The notes under the pieces: model-generated
What the model was told of the DNA's origin: nothing
Database searches by the model: none
What the model saw: the letters and a program-made list of their open reading frames with translations, nothing else
Program-made: the position numbers and the translations under genes
Part shown: positions 31,161 to 41,379 of the stretch, in pieces
How the letters are laid out: each line of letters opens with the position of its first letter
Position numbering within the stretch: position 1 is the first letter of the stretch
Source: an uncultured delta proteobacterium
GTDB taxonomy: Bacteria; Desulfobacterota; Binatia; Binatales; Binataceae
Assembly (NCBI GenBank): GCA_963830715.1
Contig: CAWHNS010000020.1
Location: 102,148 to 166,147, forward strand
Length of the DNA stretch: 64,000 nt
Direction: 5' to 3'

Positions 31161-31585
31161 AAAAGACCCTGGGATCAGTTCTGAGGAACCGCCGCGAAGC
31201 GATGAGGCTGTCGCAACGCGAGCTGGCGCGGCGACTCGACGTCAAGGCCAGCCATGTCGGATACCTGGAGACCGGCAAGCGGCGCCCGTCGCTGCCATTG
31301 CTGGGCCGCCTGGCCAGCGTGCTGGGGCTGGAGCGCGAGCCCCTTTTCCTGCTCGCCCATCCGGAGGCCAAGGCATTGCTGGAGCGGCCGCAGCCGGATC
31401 GCGCCGCGAGGCCGGATCACGCCTGGCGCAGCTTCATCGGCGACAAGAGCCTGCTGCTCCGCAACAACGTGACCAAGCGCGAGTTGCGCGTGCTTTCGCA
31501 GGTAAAGACCTTGGGCATAGTATCGTCACCGCGCCACTTCATCTTCATTCTCAATGCGATGCGGCAGGCGATGGACGAAGAGTAG
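31158..31585 (+). CDS. XRE-family helix-turn-helix transcriptional regulator
   Basis: LRNRREAMRLSQRELARRLDVKASHVGYLETGKRRPSLPLLGRLASVLGLE. Confidence 0.8.
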
Positions 31586-31603
31586 CCGCCGCCGAGCCGC
31601 AAT

Positions 31604-32458
31604 CTAACGGCCCTTGGCGGCGGGCACTCCAATGCCCTTCAGAAACTCGCTTCGGGCCGTCATCGGATCGCGGCTCGTCGCCACGTTGTAGGCGTTCATC
31701 AGCGTTCGCGCATCCTCCGAGCACATCACGCCCGTCATCTCGGCCCGCTCGATACACAGCCCGGTCTCGAGGTCGCGATCCGCGCCGAGATGGACCGCGC
31801 GCTTGATCGCGGCGATCGAACCTGGAGGGCGCCGCGCAAGGGTCCGCGCCCACTCCATCGCGAACGACATCAAGGTCTCGGGCGGCAGCACGCGGTTGAC
31901 CATCCCCATCCGCTCCGCTTCGCGAGGCGAATAAACGTTCCCGAACAGCATCGCTTCGAGCGCCCGGGCCTTGCCGATCAGCCGCGGCAGGCGCTGCGTG
32001 CCGCCCCCGCCGGGCAGGATTCCCAGCATCGCTTCGGGCAGCCCGATCTGGAAGGCGCCGTCGGCCGCCAGGCGGAAATCACACGCCAGCGCGAGCTCGT
32101 AGCCCCCGCCCATGCAATCGCCGTTGATCGCCGCGATCACCGCCTTCGGCATCAGCATGACCCGATTGAGCATCCGGTGAAAACCGGCCCCGAGTCGCGG
32201 GAAAGTTCGCGCGCATTCGGCCGGATCGGCCACCATCGCGGCCAGTTCATCCACGCTGTAGTGGGTGATGAACTTGCCTTCGACGCCGCCGGTCAGAATC
32301 AGGGCGCGGGTATGCTCGTCGGCCTCGACGCGGCCAATCAACTCCAGCAACTCCGCGCTCATCGGCCCGGTCATGTAGTTCATCGGCGGATTGGTGATGG
32401 TCCAGACCTGGACGTGATCGTGCTGTTCGACATTGAAATGCTCGAAGTGCTTCATCAT
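31604..32458 (-). CDS. enoyl-CoA hydratase/isomerase (crotonase) family protein
   Basis: ALILTGGVEGKFITHYSVDEL, AAINGDCMGGGYELALACDFRLAA, LGILPGGGGTQRLPRLIG. Confidence 0.85.
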   Translation of the reverse strand: MMKHFEHFNVEQHDHVQVWTITNPPMNYMTGPMSAELLELIGRVEADEHTRALILTGGVEGKFITHYSVDELAAMVADPAECARTFPRLGAGFHRMLNRVMLMPKAVIAAINGDCMGGGYELALACDFRLAADGAFQIGLPEAMLGILPGGGGTQRLPRLIGKARALEAMLFGNVYSPREAERMGMVNRVLPPETLMSFAMEWARTLARRPPGSIAAIKRAVHLGADRDLETGLCIERAEMTGVMCSEDARTLMNAYNVATSRDPMTARSEFLKGIGVPAAKGR

Positions 32459-32578
32459 TTGATCCTCGCAAGGTCGCGACTAGCGATGTGCCGCCGGGAA
32501 GTCAAGGCCAGACCGGGCCGGCAGGTTGTGAACAGCGAGAGGTTGGTCTAGGCTCAGACCAGTGGACGGTGCCGGGGA

Positions 32579-32839
32579 ATGAAGATCGATCTGGATCTCA
32601 AGGCGGGCTTCCTGCAGAGTCTCAAGCGCGAGTTGCTGGACAAGCTGACCGCCGAGGAACGCGTCCTAATCGAGGTCTCGACCGGCGAAATGGGCAACAA
32701 GCCCGACGCGGTCAAGCTCGGATGGCTCAAGATGCGGACCAAGGAAGTCTGGACCAAGCAGCGCTACGTCAAGGCCCTCGATCGCACCATCAAAAAGCTG
32801 CGCGACGCCGTCGCCGCCGACACCGCCAGGAAGGAGTGA
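32579..32839 (+). CDS. hypothetical 86-aa protein
   Basis: intact ORF, Lys/Glu-rich helical. Confidence 0.4.
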   Translation: MKIDLDLKAGFLQSLKRELLDKLTAEERVLIEVSTGEMGNKPDAVKLGWLKMRTKEVWTKQRYVKALDRTIKKLRDAVAADTARKE

Positions 32840-32843
32840 TCGG

Positions 32844-34169
32844 TCATCGCTCGATTCGCGCGACGCGCCGCTTGCCGACTTCCACCACCTTGTGCTCGCC
32901 GGGAACGAACCGGAAGTTCACGTCGGTTACGGTCTGCCCGTCGACCTTTACGGCGCCCTGCCCAACCAGCCGTCGCGCCTCGCTGGTGGAGGACACGAAC
33001 CGCAACTGCTTGAGCAGCTCGCAGATCCACAACTCGGCGGCGATCTTGTAGACCGGCGCCTCGTCCGGCACCTGGCGGCGCTGGTACTTGGTCTCGAAAT
33101 ACGCGCGCGCGCGGCTCGCCTCCTGCTTGCCGTGATATTCCTCGACGATCATCGCGGCCAGCGCCTTCTTCGCCTCCATCGGATGAATCGCGCCCGATTT
33201 CACCGCCTGCAATTGATCGGGCGGCGTCTCGGTGAGCAGTTCGTAGTAGCGGTTCATCAAGCTGTCCGAGATCGACATCACCTTGCCGTACATTTCCTCC
33301 GGCTTATCGGTAATCCCGATGTAATTGCCGTAGGATTTCGACATTTTGCGCACCCCGTCGGTCCCTTCCAGCAACGGCATCGTCATCACGATTTGCGGCG
33401 GATAGCCAAATGCGCGCTGCAGTTCGCGGCCGACCAGAAGATTGAACTTCTGGTCGGTACCGCCGATCTCGACGTCGGCCTGGAGCGCGACGGAGTCATA
33501 GCCCTGGATCAGAGGATAGAGCAGCTCGTGAAGAAAGAGCGGCTCCTGCCGCTCGAGGCGCTGCTCGAAGTCGTCGCGCTCGAGCAGGCGCGCGACGCTC
33601 AGCCGCGCGGCGATCCTGATCAGCTCGCTCACGCCCAGCCGCTGCATCCATTCACTGTTGAAGCGGATCTCCGTGCGCTGGGGGTCCAAAATCTTGAAGA
33701 CCTGGCCGCGATAAGTTTCGGCGTTGACCGTTATCTGCTCGCGGCTGAGCGGCTTTCGGGTTTCGGACCTGCCGGTTGGATCGCCGATCATGGCGGTGAA
33801 ATCACCGACCAGGAAGATCACGGTATGGCCGTCGCGCTGGAAGTCCCGCAGCTTCTTGAGCACAACTGAATGTCCCAGGTGCAGGTCCGGCGCCGTCGGA
33901 TCCATCCCGAGCTTGACCCGCAGCGGCCTGCCCTCGGCGAGCCTGGTGGCGAGTTCGGCCGCCGATATTAGCTCGACCGCGCCGCGAGCAAGTCTAGCCG
34001 CTCGTGCTTTGGCCTCGTCCTGATCCACTGCCGCGCCTCCACGCAGATGGTAAGCGTACAAGAAAGCGGCGACGCCGAGAAATACGAGTCGCGGGGGCGG
34101 GTAATGCCCTAAGATTTTCGCTGAGAGCTGGCCGGCTGCGGCGACATTCGCATCGGTCAGCGCTCGCAC
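32844..34169 (-). CDS. tyrS: tyrosine--tRNA ligase
   Basis: HLGH motif (DPTAPDLHLGHSVVL), KMSKS (VRKMSKSYGNYIGI), C-terminal S4 domain. Confidence 0.95.
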   Translation of the reverse strand: MRALTDANVAAAGQLSAKILGHYPPPRLVFLGVAAFLYAYHLRGGAAVDQDEAKARAARLARGAVELISAAELATRLAEGRPLRVKLGMDPTAPDLHLGHSVVLKKLRDFQRDGHTVIFLVGDFTAMIGDPTGRSETRKPLSREQITVNAETYRGQVFKILDPQRTEIRFNSEWMQRLGVSELIRIAARLSVARLLERDDFEQRLERQEPLFLHELLYPLIQGYDSVALQADVEIGGTDQKFNLLVGRELQRAFGYPPQIVMTMPLLEGTDGVRKMSKSYGNYIGITDKPEEMYGKVMSISDSLMNRYYELLTETPPDQLQAVKSGAIHPMEAKKALAAMIVEEYHGKQEASRARAYFETKYQRRQVPDEAPVYKIAAELWICELLKQLRFVSSTSEARRLVGQGAVKVDGQTVTDVNFRFVPGEHKVVEVGKRRVARIER

Positions 34170-34469
34170 CGTGGAATCCTCTTTCTCTGCCGGGGCGGCC
34201 TGCGTGAAGGCGAGTTCTTCCTTTGATGTCGAAACCGGGCGAGGCGTAGAGTGAGATCGCCGGCGTGTTGAAGGTTTCCTGCACGAGCCGCACTTGAGTG
34301 ACTCTGTTGCGGTCCGCGTACTCGATCGCGTCCCTCATCAGCTCGGCCGATCCCCAATCCTTGATATGGCAGGTTTCGGCAGGCGCCGTCGCGGGCTTCA
34401 GCCCGTGATCCTTGCTGCGATTCGCGTGGCCAGGTCTATGGGCGGGGACTACTCGATCTCGCTCTGCTG

Positions 34470-34803
34470 CTTCAACTGATCGATCTCCCGGCGCTGCTGC
34501 TCGATTTCCTGCTGTTGCTGCTGAGTCTGGGAATCGGTCTCGGCCTGTTGCGTCTCCTGATTCTGCAAGGCGTTGCCGATTCAGGGCTCCGCCTGCGAGG
34601 CCCAGCGCTCCACCAATTGCCGCACCGGCGCCGGGCGCGCCGATTGCCGCGCCGATGATCGCGCCGGTCCCCGCACCGAGCACGCCACCCACCGCGGTGC
34701 CCTTCTCGCGGGTCGTGAGCGGCTGCCCGGAGCATCCGGCGAGGAAAATAAGCGCGGCCAGCGCGAGAACGCCAGCCCCGACTATCCCCTTGCTCCTCAC
34801 CAC
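34470..34803 (-). CDS. glycine-zipper lipoprotein with Gln-rich coiled-coil tail, paralog B (1-nt insertion near 34570 breaks frame in ORF track)
   Basis: MVRSKGIVGAGVLALAALIFLAGCSGQPLTTREKGTAVGGVLGAGTGAIIGAAIG...; tail QNQETQQAETDSQTQQQQQEIEQQRREIDQLKQQSEIE* in shifted frame. Confidence 0.6.
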
Positions 34804-34818
34804 GGTTCCGCTCCTCTT

Positions 34819-35175
34819 TTACTCGGTCTCAGATTGCTGCTTCATCTGCTCGATCTGCTGGCGCTGCTGCTCGATCTCCTGCTGCTGCTGCTGGATTTGA
34901 GATTGAGTCTGAGCGGTCTGCGCTTCCTGATTCTGCATCTGGTTGCCGACCAAAGCTCCACCGCCTAGACCAAGCGCGCCGCCGATCGCTGCGCCCGCCG
35001 CCGGATGCCCCACTGCGACGCCGATTATCGCGCCGGTGCCGGCGCCGAGTACGGTGCCGATTCCGGCCCCTTCTTCACGAGTCGACAATGGTTGTCCCGA
35101 ACATCCTGCCAGAAAGATGATTCCGGCCAACATGATCCCGATTGCCGCAAGAAATCTGTTTCGAAGTCCGAGCAT
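34819..35175 (-). CDS. glycine-zipper lipoprotein with Gln-rich coiled-coil tail, paralog A
   Basis: MLGLRNRFLAAIGIMLAGIIFLAGCSGQPLSTREEGAGIGTVLGAGTGAIIGVAVG...QNQEAQTAQTQSQIQQQQQEIEQQRQQIEQMKQQSETE. Confidence 0.7.
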   Translation of the reverse strand: MLGLRNRFLAAIGIMLAGIIFLAGCSGQPLSTREEGAGIGTVLGAGTGAIIGVAVGHPAAGAAIGGALGLGGGALVGNQMQNQEAQTAQTQSQIQQQQQEIEQQRQQIEQMKQQSETE

Positions 35176-35502
35176 ACTGGTCGCGCCTCCTGTTCGACTT
35201 CCTGATGCTACCTGATGCTACGAAAGGCCCGATTGTTGGTTACTGATTCGCAATTGCAGGCACATCACCGAATTTCCGGACACGGTTTCCCGCCGTTCCC
35301 CTCAATGCTCTAGCAGCTTACGTGCCCATTGGTTCGACAAGGCCCAACCTCAGATTGCGGCCCGAACGGGCGTCGCGTTTGCTGCTTCCACAACCCTTCT
35401 GGTGCATATTTTACACACGCCGGAAGCTCGCGTCATCAGTCAATGCGAAGCCGTTCTAATATGATTCCATTTCTAAACACGATTTTGACTCTATGCCGAA
35501 GG

Positions 35503-36288
35503 TCAGGGAAGGACGGCGAAGATTCGCGTCGGCGCTCCGGTTCCATCGCCGATTTTCATCGGGATACAGAACAGGGTCGCGCCGGCTTGCGGCAGCTTGT
35601 CCGCGTTGGCCAGGTTCTCGAATCCGGGCTTGTTGGCGCCCAGCCACAGCCGATGCACCGGAAAATCCTTCGATACGCCGGGATCCATGCTGGGCGTGTC
35701 AATCGCGATCGCGATGACGCTTCGACTTTTCAGCAGGAACCGGATCGCCTCGGGCGAGAATCCCGGGAAGTGCAGCCCTGCAACATCGCCGGGCTTGTCA
35801 GTACCCAGATAGTTCTTCTTGTCGGGCCAGAATCTGCCCCATCCTGACCGCGCGACGACGATCGCGCCGTCGGGGATTTTCCCAAAGGCCGCCTCGTAGC
35901 GGTTGAGGTCATCGATGCTGAGCGTGGCGTCGCGATCGTTCGCCGCCCGCGCGGAAAAGTCGATGACCGCGGCCGGCCCGATAAACTGGCTCAGCGGCAG
36001 CCGGTCAACGGTCGCGCCGTTGCGGTTGAAATGAATCGGCGCGTCCATGTGAGTACCGCCGTGCTCCGGCGCCGCGAATTTCGCCGAGGCGTAGAAGTAA
36101 CCGCCCGGCTCCATCCCATAATGCTCGCGCTCGTGCACCATCGGCTTCTCGGTCGGCCAGTAGATGGTCGTGGAATCGAAGGTGTAGGTAAGGTCCACAA
36201 TTTTCGACGGATCGATCATGCCGGCGGCAAGACTGGTGCTCACTCCGATCAGGATCGAGCAAGCAATGGCAAGAACGCAACTCTTCAT
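35503..36288 (-). CDS. secreted cyclase-family protein (kynurenine formamidase-like, PF04199-type)
   Basis: signal peptide; HGGTHMDAPIHF; conserved cyclase fold motifs. Confidence 0.75.
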   Translation of the reverse strand: MKSCVLAIACSILIGVSTSLAAGMIDPSKIVDLTYTFDSTTIYWPTEKPMVHEREHYGMEPGGYFYASAKFAAPEHGGTHMDAPIHFNRNGATVDRLPLSQFIGPAAVIDFSARAANDRDATLSIDDLNRYEAAFGKIPDGAIVVARSGWGRFWPDKKNYLGTDKPGDVAGLHFPGFSPEAIRFLLKSRSVIAIAIDTPSMDPGVSKDFPVHRLWLGANKPGFENLANADKLPQAGATLFCIPMKIGDGTGAPTRIFAVLP

Positions 36289-36298
36289 GGCTCGCTCC

Positions 36299-38068
36299 TT
36301 ACCAGCCTACCGCCTGCGCGGGCATCGGCCCTGCGATTTGCCCGCGCGGATCGGCGCCGCCCGCCAGGATGCCGCGCTGGCGGTCGATTTCGACCGCGAG
36401 CACGCGACCCTCGCACCACGGCGGCCTTAGCTCGACCTTGTGCCCGCGCGCGGACAGCTCGGCGCGAACGCTCTCGCCGATGCGGCTTTCGATTCGCAGC
36501 ACGCCCGGACGCGCGCTATGCGGGAAAAAGGTCGAGGGAAAGTGGGCGCTCGAGAACTTGGGGGCCTCGATCGCCTCCTGGATGTTCATTCCGAATTCCA
36601 CGACATTGAGGAAAAACTGAAGCGTCCATTGGTCCTGCTGGTCGCCGCCTTCGGTTCCGAAAGCAAGGTACGGCCTGCCGGCGCGCATCGCGAGCGAGGG
36701 CGTGAGCGTGGTGCGCGGGCGCTTGCGAGGCGCAACGGCGTTCGGATGCCGCTCGTCGAGGTAGAAGGTCTGCATCCGCGTTCCCAGCGGAAAACCGAGA
36801 TCGTCGATTACCGGCGAGCTCGGAATCCATCCGCCGCTCGCCGTGATCGCGATCAGATTGCCGGCGCGATCCGCCGCGGCCACATGGGTCGTACCCGCTC
36901 CCCATGGGCGCGGCTGGACGGCACTGCCCGCAAGCGCGCGCATGTTAGCCGGGTCGCCCGGCCGAAGATCCATCGAGGCGCGCCGCGAGTCGATCAGCTC
37001 GCGGCGCAGCGCAGCGTAACGGGGCGAGAGCAAGGCCTCGACGGGAACGGCCACGAAATCCGGGTCGGCGTAAAAAGCCTCGCGATCGGCGAAGGCCAGC
37101 TTCGCGGCTTCGGTCACAAGGTGGATATAGTCGGCCGAATTGTGGCCCATCGCGCGCAAGTCGGTGCCCTCGAGGATGCGAAGCTGCTGGAGGAAAACCG
37201 GGCCCTGCGACCAGGGCGGGCACTTGGCCACCTCGATCCCGCGATACTCGGCGCGGATCGGATCTTCGATTTTGGTGACGAAAGCGGCGAGATCTTCCAG
37301 AGCAAGTAGTCCGCCGTTGGCCTCCGACCAGGCGACAATCTCTCGCGCGATATCGCCGCGATAAAACCGATCGCGAGCCGCCTCGAGTCCGGCCTCGCGG
37401 CCGCGATTGCGCGCGGACCCTTCGGCATCGAGGAGCCGGCGAAAGCATCGCGCCAGAGCGGGGTTCTTCAGTACCGTGCCGGCCGCCGGCGCTTTGCCGT
37501 CCGGCAGATAGACTCGCCCGCTGGACGGCCACGCGCTGAGAAAGCGCTCCGCGTTGGCCGCGATCGAGGCGCCCCGGCGCATCGCGGGGCTGTCGCCGGC
37601 CGACCCGGACGAATCGCCCGCCAGGCCGGCATGAATCGGGAAGCCGTCTTCGGCTAGCGCGAGAGCCGGCTCGAGGACATCGGCGAGCTTCATTGTTCCG
37701 AACTTGGCCAGCGCGGTCGTGAGAGCATCGAAGGCGGATGGCGTGCCGGCCGCGAGCAGACCCTCGCCGGGGATCAGGTCGAGGCCGAGCGATCGATAGT
37801 GCGCGATCGTCGCTCGCGCAGGCGCCATCATGTTGCCGTTGACCGCGAACGTCCGGCGCAAAGCCGCCGAATAGACCAGCATCGGGGCTTCGCCGCCGAT
37901 CGTATGCATATGCGGGTTGACAACGCCCTCCGCGAACACACCCGCTATAGCGGCATCAACTGCGTTGCCGCGTCGAGCGAAAATCCGTGCGCCAGCCGAA
38001 GCGGAAAGGTAATGCTCGGTCGCGACCATCACCTCGCGGCCCATCACCAGGGGATAGAGCGTAGGCAT
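36299..38068 (-). CDS. ggt: gamma-glutamyltransferase
   Basis: GGT family: GAGTTHVAAADRAGNLIAITASGGW (autocatalytic Thr), TEGGDQQDQWTLQ, full-length 589 aa. Confidence 0.9.
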   Translation of the reverse strand: MPTLYPLVMGREVMVATEHYLSASAGARIFARRGNAVDAAIAGVFAEGVVNPHMHTIGGEAPMLVYSAALRRTFAVNGNMMAPARATIAHYRSLGLDLIPGEGLLAAGTPSAFDALTTALAKFGTMKLADVLEPALALAEDGFPIHAGLAGDSSGSAGDSPAMRRGASIAANAERFLSAWPSSGRVYLPDGKAPAAGTVLKNPALARCFRRLLDAEGSARNRGREAGLEAARDRFYRGDIAREIVAWSEANGGLLALEDLAAFVTKIEDPIRAEYRGIEVAKCPPWSQGPVFLQQLRILEGTDLRAMGHNSADYIHLVTEAAKLAFADREAFYADPDFVAVPVEALLSPRYAALRRELIDSRRASMDLRPGDPANMRALAGSAVQPRPWGAGTTHVAAADRAGNLIAITASGGWIPSSPVIDDLGFPLGTRMQTFYLDERHPNAVAPRKRPRTTLTPSLAMRAGRPYLAFGTEGGDQQDQWTLQFFLNVVEFGMNIQEAIEAPKFSSAHFPSTFFPHSARPGVLRIESRIGESVRAELSARGHKVELRPPWCEGRVLAVEIDRQRGILAGGADPRGQIAGPMPAQAVGW

Positions 38069-38357
38069 AGTTGGCGCTAACCGGAGTTTCGCATAGCGCT
38101 ACGGAATCTTATCAGACATCGTGGGTATCGCCCACGCCGCGAGCAGCAATTGCTCACACCAAAGCGCAGTCTCATCGGCGCAACTGGTATATCGAGAGTA
38201 GCGCAAAATGCGGAATTCGTATGCAAAACTTCAAACTTCTGTAACACACTACGTGCTAATGAAGAGCAGGTAGGCACTACTGGATGCTCGAATTTGATTG
38301 CCAGCCGGAGCGTCAAAATATCAGGTACGATGATTGCGTACATAAGGCCGGTAGAAA

Positions 38358-38597
38358 GTGGTGAACCGCGCAGACGAAATAGAAAGAAGGACCCCTATGG
38401 AAACGCAAACTGAGCTGCTCGTTGGCCGGCGGTGCCGGTTACTGAAGCCGGTGCGGGACCACGAAGGGCGCAGCCGCTTCAACGAAGAGCCGAGGGTCGT
38501 CCGCGAAATCGAGAACCTCGGCCGGCGGATGTACCTCGTACAATTCAATGACGGCGCCACTACCTTCCTGTTCCCGGACGAAGTAGTCGTCGAGTAG
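38358..38597 (+). CDS. small DUF1918-like protein
   Basis: LLVGRRCRLL...GRSRFNEEPRVVREIENLGRRMYLVQFNDGATTFLFPDEVVV. Confidence 0.45.
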   Translation: MVNRADEIERRTPMETQTELLVGRRCRLLKPVRDHEGRSRFNEEPRVVREIENLGRRMYLVQFNDGATTFLFPDEVVVE

Positions 38598-38705
38598 CCG
38601 GCCCGATTCCAGACGCATACAACCGCCGCGCGTGTCGATGGCCCGGCAGGGCGTCAGCCCCAGGATAGCCGCGACGCGCGCAGCGGTATTTTGCACGCTC
38701 GCAAT

Positions 38706-38972
38706 TCATTCGTTACGGATGCGGCGGACCATAGCGGCGCAATTGGAGACATCTTCGGCATTATTCAAGCCGCCGAACGCGGCGTGCCCCCGGCAGGCAT
38801 CCGAGAGGGCTTTGTAGTCAGCGCACGCCGACTGCTCGCCGCCGTCGCATTCGATCTTCAACCGCTCGGATTCTTGCGGGGCTTGCTTGGCATCAGCCGC
38901 ATCCTGCCCGGAGCATCCCCAGACCACCACCGCCATCGAAAGAATCGCGATCGATCCCCAGCGCTTGAGCAC
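38706..38972 (-). CDS. small Cys-containing lipoprotein
   Basis: MLKRWGSIAILSMAVVVWGCSG lipobox. Confidence 0.45.
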   Translation of the reverse strand: MLKRWGSIAILSMAVVVWGCSGQDAADAKQAPQESERLKIECDGGEQSACADYKALSDACRGHAAFGGLNNAEDVSNCAAMVRRIRNE

Positions 38973-39014
38973 GCGTCCCTCCAGGCCGGCCTCCGTGCCG
39001 GCCTTCCGATTCTC

Positions 39015-39636
39015 TCACACCGGATTGCGCACCTCGAACTCTCGCGTAGCCGGGAAGCTGCTGGTCGCTGTCGATCTTCATCGGCAGCGAGATCTCGCGC
39101 AGGATCGGGACCTTCTCGATCACCGTCCCCGAGGCCGGCGCATCGCGCGGCACCGTGACGACTTCCGTGCCGACGAACCGCACGATCGTGGGCAGCACCT
39201 TGCCGGTATCAAGGTAGTGCGCGTGGCTTACCTTGAAGACTGTATCCGACTTGAACAGCTTCGATCCCGCCCGGATCAGATACTGATTCTCGCCCATCGG
39301 CCGGACCAGAATCGCCTCGCTGATCACATAAATACGGCCCACGGTCGGGCGTAGCAGACCCGGCATCAGGGGATTCACGCCCAGCCAGAACGGGATGATC
39401 ACGCGACGGCCGTGCGGCCATCCGGTGAGTCTCACTTCGGCTTCGCGGTCGTCGCGACCGAGGACGAAATCGCGGCCGTCGAAGTCCTTGAGGATCTGCC
39501 GGCTGAGCTCATCCTGGGGCGGCGCAGTGGTCTCGCCGGTCGGCCCGAAGTCGAGCGCGCGATCGGGCGTGCATCCCGATCCGGCGGCTGTCGCCGCAAT
39601 CGCGACGGCGAACAGGAACGCGCCCGCGAACCTCAT
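39015..39636 (-). CDS. paralogous ~200-aa lipoprotein B (C-terminal frameshift; true end likely ...GYARFEVRNPV*)
   Basis: MRFAGAFLFAVAIAATAAGSGC; shares IPFWLGVNPLMPGLLRP / YVISEAILV / LREISLPMK blocks with paralog A; ATGA overlap with paralog A stop. Confidence 0.55.
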
Positions 39637-40229
39637 CGCACCTCGAACCTCGCGTAGCTCGCGGGGATCGGACCGCCGAGCGTCCACTTCATCGGAAGCG
39701 ATACCTCTCTCAACACGGGAATCTCGACCGTGCTCCCGTCGCCTCTGGTAAATTTTCGCATCCCGGTGAACTGGACGATCATCGGCAGCATCTTGCCCGC
39801 CGATCTGAATCGCGTGCGGGTGGTGGCGAGCACGGCTTCCTTCTTGATGAGCGAGCTGCCCGCCTCGATCAGCCATTCGTCCGGACTGTCCAGCCGCTTC
39901 ACCAGTAGCGCTTCGCTGATAACGTAGTAATCGCCCTCGCTGGGCTGCAATACGCCGGGCACCAGGATGTTCGTGCCGAGCCAGAACGGCAGCTCTAGGA
40001 CGCGATCGCCGGGGCCGTTGCCGGGCGTCAGCATCGCGACCTTGTTGTTGTCTCCCAGCACGAAGCTCTGTCCGCGAAAGTTCATTTCGATTTGCTCCGC
40101 GCGCGCATACGGCGAGCGCGGCCCGGCAGGGACCGGCCGAATGCATCCGCACAGCGCCAACCCCAGCGCGGCGGCGGCCGCAAGCTTCGCGATTAAAGTT
40201 GAAACCGTCATAGTCATGGTCGTTTGCAA
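39633..40229 (-). CDS. paralogous ~190-aa lipoprotein A
   Basis: LAAAAALGLALCGC lipobox; LPFWLGTNILVPGVLQP, YVISEALLV, LREVSLPMK. Confidence 0.6.
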   Translation of the reverse strand: MQTTMTMTVSTLIAKLAAAAALGLALCGCIRPVPAGPRSPYARAEQIEMNFRGQSFVLGDNNKVAMLTPGNGPGDRVLELPFWLGTNILVPGVLQPSEGDYYVISEALLVKRLDSPDEWLIEAGSSLIKKEAVLATTRTRFRSAGKMLPMIVQFTGMRKFTRGDGSTVEIPVLREVSLPMKWTLGGPIPASYARFEVR

Positions 40230-40261
40230 GGCGGCTCACGAAGATATTAACTCTCATCCGC

Positions 40262-41071
40262 ATGGGAGCGCATTCGCCCCGCGATGGGGGCGGATGCGCT
40301 TCCATGCGGGCGCCCCTACGGGGAGAGCACGGCGTGAAAGTCACCATACTTGGGGCGGGCGATGCGTTCGGCAGTCGCGGGTATTGCCAGGCCTGCTACG
40401 TAATCGAGGCCGATGGCAAGACGATTCTGATGGAGGCCGGGCCGTGCCTGCTCCCTTCGATCAAGCGCGCCGGGTTCTCGCCCTCCGACTTCGATCTTGC
40501 CCTGATAAGCCATCTGCACGGCGATCACTTCGCCGGATTGCCGTTCCTGATTCTCGAATACATGTGGGAGAGCAAGCCCAGGCGCGCGTTGACGATCGCC
40601 GGTCCGCGACGGCTGGAGCAGCGCACCTGGAAGCTCTTCCAGAACATGTATTCCCACTTTCCCGAAGAGAAGGTCGTTCGCCTGCTGAAGTTCGAGGTGC
40701 TGGAGCCTGCCAGGAGCCGGAATTTCGACGGCGTGCATGTCACCACGATTCGCACGCCGCATACCAGGCCCGACGTCTCGCTCGCCTTCCGAATCGCGAT
40801 CGGCGGCAAGACGGTGGTGTTTTCCGGCGACACCGGATGGACCGAAGAGCTGGTTCCATTCGCCCAGGGCGCCGACCTGTTCATCTGTGAATGCACTTAT
40901 TTCGGCAGCACGGACCTGGACTTCCATCTCAACTATCCGCTCATAGCGCGGCATCGCTCGCGCTTCGACGTGAAACGGATGGTCCTCACGCACATCGGGC
41001 GCGAGGTCCTGGAACGCAAATCCGACGTGAAGATCGAAATGGCCTACGACGGAATGGAGATCAAGGTCTGA
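40262..41071 (+). CDS. MBL-fold metallo-hydrolase
   Basis: LISHLHGDHFAGLP (HxHxDH), later His ligands. Confidence 0.8.
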   Translation: MGAHSPRDGGGCASMRAPLRGEHGVKVTILGAGDAFGSRGYCQACYVIEADGKTILMEAGPCLLPSIKRAGFSPSDFDLALISHLHGDHFAGLPFLILEYMWESKPRRALTIAGPRRLEQRTWKLFQNMYSHFPEEKVVRLLKFEVLEPARSRNFDGVHVTTIRTPHTRPDVSLAFRIAIGGKTVVFSGDTGWTEELVPFAQGADLFICECTYFGSTDLDFHLNYPLIARHRSRFDVKRMVLTHIGREVLERKSDVKIEMAYDGMEIKV

Positions 41072-41379
41072 GAGCGGACGGTCCGCAGACTAACCACGGA
41101 TTGACGCAAAGCCAGCTTCGCGGCGGCGAAGCTGGCTGCGATCAGCGTCCACCTGTCTTCATCTCGGCATTCAGGTAGGCCCGATCTATTGTTTTCAATC
41201 GCTAATCGTACCATCGAAGCTTTCGACCCGCAGTGAAGGTTCAACCTGACCTTGCACTGCGCGGCCGGTAGTGTGATATCGTCGTTTTGACTGAGCCACC
41301 GAACCCAAGGAGAGGGAAATGACAACGTCCATGTCCATTCAGAGAGCGGTTTTCACCCATCAGAAGGACATGGCGTTTC

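Noticed and set aside
36440-37532. Plus-strand ORFs inside ggt
   Set aside because: Antisense/out-of-frame to a full-length gamma-glutamyltransferase.
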